A stretch of 63,627 nt of DNA, filler included, from Planctomycetota bacterium (GTDB lineage Bacteria; Planctomycetota; Planctomycetia; JALXBF01): assembly GCA_026991575.1 (NCBI GenBank). It is 5 parts of 4 records of this genome, joined end to end, with 100 filler letters (N's around TTAATTAATTAA, not from the genome) between each part and the next. Parts side by side here need not be neighbours in the genome. Positions count along the whole stretch, not along the records: positions 43,483 to 63,627 come from JALXBF010000006.1; 4 more parts are not named here. One strand, 5' to 3'. Below the pieces are notes generated by a model that was given only the letters and a program-made list of their open reading frames with translations, was not told where the DNA came from and made no database searches. A program made the position numbers and the translations under genes. Within the stretch, counting starts at the first letter, position 1; each line of letters starts with the position of its first letter. Below, one piece after another: positions 58,404-63,627 of this stretch.

Positions 58404-60161
58404 CTACCAGGCAGGCGCGGCCAACCAAAGCAGGGTTGCACCAGGATATTCACATATCATCCTGCCATGCTCCGCCACTAGATGCCGAGCCAGAGGACGC
58501 TGGAGGTCGCGCGGACGGAAGGCGTAATACCCGGGCCTCCACAACCGGTCGCACACTGGACAAACGTCTCCGCCCAGCAGGGTGCTAGCACCGACGGCCA
58601 TGCGAAGCCGGTACCGCAGAACCGCGCGCCGTGCCAACGTCAGCGGCCATGTCACGTTCACCGGCGTGCCTTCCGGCAAGTGGCGTTCGGCCCAGCGGGC
58701 GAGCAGTGCATCATCCCACCCCTCGTCAATTGCTGGCGATTGAAATGTGAGTCCCATACCCTGAAGTGCTTGCGTTCCATTGACGTAACGTTCCGGATGG
58801 CCCCACGATATCGCCGCATCCAGAGCAGCGATCACCAACACGACGTACCAGTAGCCTCTCCATAGTCGTGTGCGCTGCGCCAGCACTGCGGTACACGTCC
58901 AGAGGGTTGGTAAGGCAACTACCGCATATCGTTGGTAGCCAAGGGCCCCTGAGGCACAATAGGCGACAGCCACACCGGCAGTCCCCAGGAACCCGGCAGC
59001 AAGGCCAAAATCCCAATCCCTTGCGGGCGTTCGCGCCTGCCGCATACGTACCAGGACACCAATCCCTGTGGTCATGGCGAGGAGTCCTGTCAATGGAAGG
59101 CGTGCCACCAGCTGGAGCGCGGCTAGGCAAACAGTCTCGAGCGTGCTGTACCCCTGCAGCCGCAGACAGAAACGAAAGTGGGCAAAGTCACTCGCCTGAC
59201 GGATGATTCCCAACGCCATCGGCCCAGGCAACGTTGCTAACAGCGGGCCGACGCCCCTAGGGCAAGGCGGGAAGGCTTCCACTAGCGCGGCCGATGGTGA
59301 GATCGACTCGAACCCGAGGAAGCGACGGATAACCCAGGGCGCGTAGGTTAGCCAGAGCAGCCCATAGACTGCGCAGGAGGACAAAAGGACCCGAACAAGA
59401 CACCGCTTGCCTCTTTGCTTGCCGGACGCGGCGACAACTATCAGCAACGTGGGCACATAGAGCGCGGCTGTGAATTTCAGCCCGATGGCTAGGCCAAGCA
59501 GAAGAGCCGTCCAAACCGGATGGACGTCACGGGCGGAGCCACGCAAACAGTCGGACCAGATGAGATAGCAAGCCAGAACTGCAAGCCCGGCTAGGGCGTC
59601 TGGCGCGGCCTCGATCGACGCAGTTCCATAAAGTGGGTCCAGCGTAATGAGTGCCGCCGCCAGTGCGAGTGCGTCCGATCGCCGCTTGCGACTAGCGGTC
59701 AGAAGCAACGCAGTCGCGCCGCACACCGCAAGCAACACAAGCCACCTTCCCGCTCTAACGGCGCTGGCGGCAACCTCGGGGCACCGTGCAGCGTAAGCAT
59801 CCGTGATCGCCTGCTTGCGCCGGTCCACCTGCGCGGTCGCTGCTGGACGGGGCGGTGGCGCTCCCATCAGAAACGCAGGCAACGCCACCAATGCGGAGCC
59901 CAGAGGAGGGTTCACTGGATAGACGAGCGCGTCGCCAGACTGCAAATACCGTAGCCCTGCGACGAGGTGGTGGAGCTCTCGGTCAGTTGGGGCGTGGATG
60001 GCCGACGCCCACACGCGGCCGAGTTGTACCACTAGACACAGCACGAGCAACGCGACCCAGGCCAGTTTCCGCAAGCCGCCACATGGCGTGGTCAAGTCTG
60101 CGGTTGAGCCGTTGTCCCGTGAACACGGCGGTTTTCCGTGCACCGCTCCGTCAGTGGTCAC
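58404..60161 (-). CDS. GT-C fold membrane glycosyltransferase (ArnT/PMT/GT39-like)
   Basis: TM1 followed by PTDRELHHLVAGLRY...YPVNPPL, GLAIGLKFTA, QRY, about 11 TMs. Confidence 0.78.
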   Translation of the reverse strand: MTTDGAVHGKPPCSRDNGSTADLTTPCGGLRKLAWVALLVLCLVVQLGRVWASAIHAPTDRELHHLVAGLRYLQSGDALVYPVNPPLGSALVALPAFLMGAPPPRPAATAQVDRRKQAITDAYAARCPEVAASAVRAGRWLVLLAVCGATALLLTASRKRRSDALALAAALITLDPLYGTASIEAAPDALAGLAVLACYLIWSDCLRGSARDVHPVWTALLLGLAIGLKFTAALYVPTLLIVVAASGKQRGKRCLVRVLLSSCAVYGLLWLTYAPWVIRRFLGFESISPSAALVEAFPPCPRGVGPLLATLPGPMALGIIRQASDFAHFRFCLRLQGYSTLETVCLAALQLVARLPLTGLLAMTTGIGVLVRMRQARTPARDWDFGLAAGFLGTAGVAVAYCASGALGYQRYAVVALPTLWTCTAVLAQRTRLWRGYWYVVLVIAALDAAISWGHPERYVNGTQALQGMGLTFQSPAIDEGWDDALLARWAERHLPEGTPVNVTWPLTLARRAVLRYRLRMAVGASTLLGGDVCPVCDRLWRPGYYAFRPRDLQRPLARHLVAEHGRMICEYPGATLLWLAAPAW

Positions 60162-60228
60162 GGTACAGACCGACTGGCATGCCAGACCCGCCGCTGCGTG
60201 CCGGTCACTGCGATTCTAGATCGCGGAA

Positions 60229-61338
60229 TCATTCACGATCGCTGCTGGGTGCATTGCCCCGACACCGGCACCAGTACAGAACCAGAAGACTCGCAATGGA
60301 CAGCATCGCGACCCCCGCCAGGGCATACCACGAGGTACTCGGGCTCCTGCCGCCCGGAGGGAGTAAAGGCCCGCGTATCACCTTCCCGCCCCTACGCACG
60401 ACCTCGTCCAGTCCAAGGGCTGAGCCGAGTCGCAGGCCCGTTTCTCGTTCCACTCCCTCGGGTGTGAACAGGTCGTCGGTAACGGGAAGGTCAACATAAC
60501 GAAAGTCCCAGAGCTTGACCTGGAGCCAAGGCTTAGGAGCCGAGTTACGCACGACGCAGTCTACGGAAAGAGGGCGCCACGATCCGTTGGACGCTCGCCC
60601 AAGCCGAATGGTCATTTCATGCTCTATGCGCATGCCATCCGAGTTACTGACACCCCGGGCCTTAGTGATGGCAAAATCGCGATCGGGGTCCAAGAAGACC
60701 TGGACATCAATCGGGCCACGTGGCAGGTGGTCAAGAACGACCTCGACAAGCGCCGGCTGGCCGTCCGGTCGTGCGTACAATCTGGCCCCTGGCAGCTGCA
60801 GCATCTCCGTGACCGTGCGCCCAAGGTGTCGGAAAGCCGCGTCTAGGCCCTGAAGCGCCGAGTAGCGCATCGACCTGTAGACTGGGTCGTTCCACGGCTT
60901 CCGGACCCATACGAACAGTCCATCTGAGACGTGGTAGGTAACCTCCGCACAGTGTCCGTCCGCGCAGATCCCGGTCAGGTAAAGGTCTTCGAGAACAGCA
61001 CTTAAGCTACCATCGAGGCTGGGGCGCCGGCGACTGCGGAGCAGATCCTCGCGTAATCGATCTCCCCGACGTATCAGCCGCGACGGTTTGGCAGTACGCA
61101 GTAGCTCATCGCGGTCGAACGGCCGATCTGGCAGATCAGCGACCCTAAAGTACAACCAGCAAGCAATCACGCTGGTCGCCTGCTTGAGCCTTCGTTCACC
61201 CCTAGCGATGCGATCGAAGTGCGTCGCGATATCGACCTCCCGCCAGCCCTGGCCAACCGGGCCGGTATCCTCCGAAGGCAGTCCCGGCGCCAAAGCAGTG
61301 AGCACCCCCCCCAAGACCACGACGACCATCGTCTTCAT
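60229..61338 (-). CDS. Hypothetical exported protein with C-terminal membrane anchor (possibly LolA-like fold)
   Basis: Signal peptide, FLDPDRDFAI, WRPL, VDLPVTDDLFT, C-terminal TM. ATGA overlap with the upstream gene. Confidence 0.72.
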   Translation of the reverse strand: MKTMVVVVLGGVLTALAPGLPSEDTGPVGQGWREVDIATHFDRIARGERRLKQATSVIACWLYFRVADLPDRPFDRDELLRTAKPSRLIRRGDRLREDLLRSRRRPSLDGSLSAVLEDLYLTGICADGHCAEVTYHVSDGLFVWVRKPWNDPVYRSMRYSALQGLDAAFRHLGRTVTEMLQLPGARLYARPDGQPALVEVVLDHLPRGPIDVQVFLDPDRDFAITKARGVSNSDGMRIEHEMTIRLGRASNGSWRPLSVDCVVRNSAPKPWLQVKLWDFRYVDLPVTDDLFTPEGVERETGLRLGSALGLDEVVRRGGKVIRGPLLPPGGRSPSTSWYALAGVAMLSIASLLVLYWCRCRGNAPSSDRE

Positions 61339-62411
61339 GGCAACGGTGCCTCCCTAATGCCTGCCCTCGACGGGACAATCGCGTGCACGGTGATCCGGAG
61401 GCGATCACGCCTGCCAAACACAATCGGCGTACGGACCACTATCTCACCTTCGACAGTCTGGCCGGCCATTTCCATAGCCTTGGGAGTTACCTCCACCGCA
61501 AGCTCTGCCCCCCACATAAGGCTACGAGAAAACCGCGCGCGAATCCAATCCGGTTGGCGCACCACTCCGAAGTCCCGGGGTTGCACGTTCCCAGCCCCCC
61601 CGCGAAAAACTTCACGCAGGGTGATGGGAACGCGTCGTGTGTCTCCGGCCTTCACGGCTCCCAGGAAGAGGTCCGCAGGGAAGTCCCAAACGGGCTCCAC
61701 CACCGCCCTCAACATCAACTTTGCGTGCTTCCAAGAGTTGTCCGTCGCTTCCAGCTCTAACTCACCTTCCCAGCGCGGGCCCTCACCTACGTCGTCTACC
61801 GCTATAGCTACGCGGAAGTAGGCATCTGTTGGCGGCAGGATGGTGGCTTGAAGGTCTGGCGGATATGCGACGTCCACACTTAGCAGACGCGAGGACGGAC
61901 CACGCCGCGCAACCACAACCTCTCTCTTAAGCGGTCGCCTAGCCGGTACGACCCCAAGCTGGTACGGCACGGATATGTTCGACCGTACAATCGTTCCGAC
62001 GGCGGTGAGCACCACCACTGGGATCTGAGGCGAGTCGGTGTGTACCTCGGCAGACACCGAGTAGTCACCGTGGGTACCACCAGGGTCAGCTTCCAGCACG
62101 ACCTTCACTGAACCACCCGGCGGGACCGCGTCTCGACTGAACTTCACCGCGCCGCATCTACAGCCCATTCGGACCCGCTTGAATCGCACCGGCTGCTCGC
62201 CGTAGTTGCTAATTGTGAATTCCGCACGGAGCAGTTTCGGATCTACCACGACTCCCCAGTCGTAGACCTGGGGATCCACCAACAGCGCGGGCACCACGCG
62301 GGAACGGTGCCCCAGGAACAGAAGCGCGGCCCCCAGGCCCAGGCTAAGGCCCAGCACCCCAGCAGCACACCGTGATACCCAAAGGCGCATCACTCCGTCG
62401 CTGCGCGACAT
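61335..62411 (-). CDS. DUF1573 domain protein (tandem Ig-like domains)
   Basis: N-terminal TM, YDWGVV, FTISNYG, GCRC, VPPGGS, second repeat LFLGAVKAG. GGGAG SD. Confidence 0.85.
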   Translation of the reverse strand: MSRSDGVMRLWVSRCAAGVLGLSLGLGAALLFLGHRSRVVPALLVDPQVYDWGVVVDPKLLRAEFTISNYGEQPVRFKRVRMGCRCGAVKFSRDAVPPGGSVKVVLEADPGGTHGDYSVSAEVHTDSPQIPVVVLTAVGTIVRSNISVPYQLGVVPARRPLKREVVVARRGPSSRLLSVDVAYPPDLQATILPPTDAYFRVAIAVDDVGEGPRWEGELELEATDNSWKHAKLMLRAVVEPVWDFPADLFLGAVKAGDTRRVPITLREVFRGGAGNVQPRDFGVVRQPDWIRARFSRSLMWGAELAVEVTPKAMEMAGQTVEGEIVVRTPIVFGRRDRLRITVHAIVPSRAGIREAPLP

Positions 62412-62472
62412 GCGGTGGCTCCCGCAAGGCCTTCACACCACTACCGCGCCGGTCGTAAACACTGTGGCCAGA

Positions 62473-62919
62473 CTACGGCGGACACGGCAGGCCAGTCGCG
62501 TGTTGGGCTTGCCATGTGCTCGCGGGGTCTGGTCGACTTGCCTTCAGGTCGACGACGCACAATCCAGTGACCGTGTCACAGTAGCACGGCACCCAGTCGT
62601 AGCATATATCCGCGCCGACCGTCATCGCGCTCAGGCCGCTGTTCCAAATGTACGTTCCCGTTCGCACCCGGCGAGGACGGTGGAACCCGCTGCCAGTAGG
62701 GCAATTGGTGGTATTGCCCGGGCCACATTCTAGCCACCCTTTGCAGATTGGATTGACAGTCGGGGGAACCGGGCAGCCCATTGCCGCGGCACTCGCCGAG
62801 GTTTCCTGGTAACAAAGCGGGTTCTGCTGTGCAAGGATCAGGCCGCCAAAGGCGAGTATGAACGCCAGTCCGCATAGCAGAGCACAACTGCCAGGGGCTA
62901 TCGAGATGAGGCGCCGCAT
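62473..62919 (-). CDS. Small secreted Cys-rich protein
   Basis: SD GGAGG, ATG 62919, signal peptide ending ILA-QQ, 10 Cys in the ~118-aa mature part. Confidence 0.75.
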   Translation of the reverse strand: MRRLISIAPGSCALLCGLAFILAFGGLILAQQNPLCYQETSASAAAMGCPVPPTVNPICKGWLECGPGNTTNCPTGSGFHRPRRVRTGTYIWNSGLSAMTVGADICYDWVPCYCDTVTGLCVVDLKASRPDPASTWQAQHATGLPCPP

Positions 62920-62994
62920 AGCATTGCCTCCAAGTGCGGGCGACGGACACGTGCACCCCAGCACCGGCACCATGTAGCTTCGACCTAATGCTAG

Positions 62995-63008
62995 TCTCTC
63001 TCTCTCTC
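62995..63008. repeat. (TC)7/(GA)7 dinucleotide tract inside a promoter-like element
   Basis: Minus strand reads TTGACA-(GA)7-C-TAGCAT. Confidence 0.9.
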
Positions 63009-63299
63009 TGTCAAGCCCCGAAGACTGCTGGAGTTAATCGCTGGCGCAGGCGGCGGAGTGACTGTGGACCGGGCGAACCGCGGAGCGGGCACGCGCGGGA
63101 CACTGCTCATCGGGGCGCCAGCGCGTAGACGGGGTGCGCTCCCCAGGCTCGGCTGCCGAAGGCGAGCCTCTCGCACCGTCGGCGACACCGGCGCGCGATA
63201 GCCCTCTGTCGTGCACACGGTGCGTCGCGACCACACCCCGTGCGGCCAGTGTGCGGCTGGGCCGTGAGTAGACAGAGGTGAGTTCCCGCGGGAGCCCCC

Positions 63300-63627
63300 T
63301 CAGGGCCCCCCTGGCATGTACCCCGCCGACGGTCGATCCTCACGCAGGATCGACTGGCAGAACGCGTAGAAGAGCCACTCAGGCTCCTCGCTCAGGTACC
63401 CCTTCTTCCGCAGCTCCGACATCACGACCGCCTTGTGCTCGGCCGCGAACCAACGGATCCAGAACAACACCATCGCACACAGCCAGATCAGCCGCTCAAT
63501 CGCCACCCACGTGCGGACCAGAAACTTCTCCAAATCGAACAGCTGCTTCAGCCCCCGATTCAACTGCTCCGCTGCCCAGCGCTTCATGTAGCGCTTCACC
63601 CACCACTGCGGTGTACGGCCCCTACCA
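63300..63627 (-). CDS. IS4-superfamily DDE transposase, C-terminal part (5' outside window)
   Basis: Exact Y-x2-R-x3-E-x6-K motif (YMKRWAAEQLNRGLK), then FDLEKFLVR. Frame is open to the window edge. Confidence 0.85.
   Translation of the reverse strand, partial: GRGRTPQWWVKRYMKRWAAEQLNRGLKQLFDLEKFLVRTWVAIERLIWLCAMVLFWIRWFAAEHKAVVMSELRKKGYLSEEPEWLFYAFCQSILREDRPSAGYMPGGP

Noticed and set aside
1..63627. CRISPR array, cas genes, rRNA, tRNA or prophage structural genes
   Set aside because: None seen on either strand by inspection.

Overview
High-GC bacterial DNA, most consistent with a Planctomycetota genome (DUF1080, sulfatase, DUF1573, Lpg1974-type beta-barrel, TlpA-TPR proteins and an 'ExLExR' leader). 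Family names come from motif recognition only; no database search was run. The window is not contiguous. Four identical 100-nt N spacers carrying TTAATTAATTAA split it into five contigs, so adjacency across spacers means nothing. Contig 1 (1-31191): CYTH protein, cysC, hydrolases, an atypical uvrA, RND efflux pair, a doubled TPR-thioredoxin lipoprotein, a small basic putative DNA-binding protein, NERD-helicase, TolC, oxidoreductase, sulfatase and partial pyc. Contig 2 (31292-34038): a DDE insertion sequence with terminal inverted repeats next to broken genes. Contig 3 (34139-36881): a GT4 gene and a putative exported protein whose leader is frameshifted at a G8 tract. Contig 4 (36982-43382): beta-barrel, ppdK and a GT2/GT-C pair. 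Contig 5 (43483-63627): addAB-like genes, ABC exporter, pcm and a LigD-N-like protein, then an accessory block. That block is the best candidate for an undescribed system. It is a four-gene operon (10-Cys secreted protein, DUF1573 Ig-like protein, membrane-anchored periplasmic protein, GT-C glycosyltransferase) behind a TTGACA-(GA)7 promoter-like tract, bounded by an IrrE/PIN remnant and a transposase.
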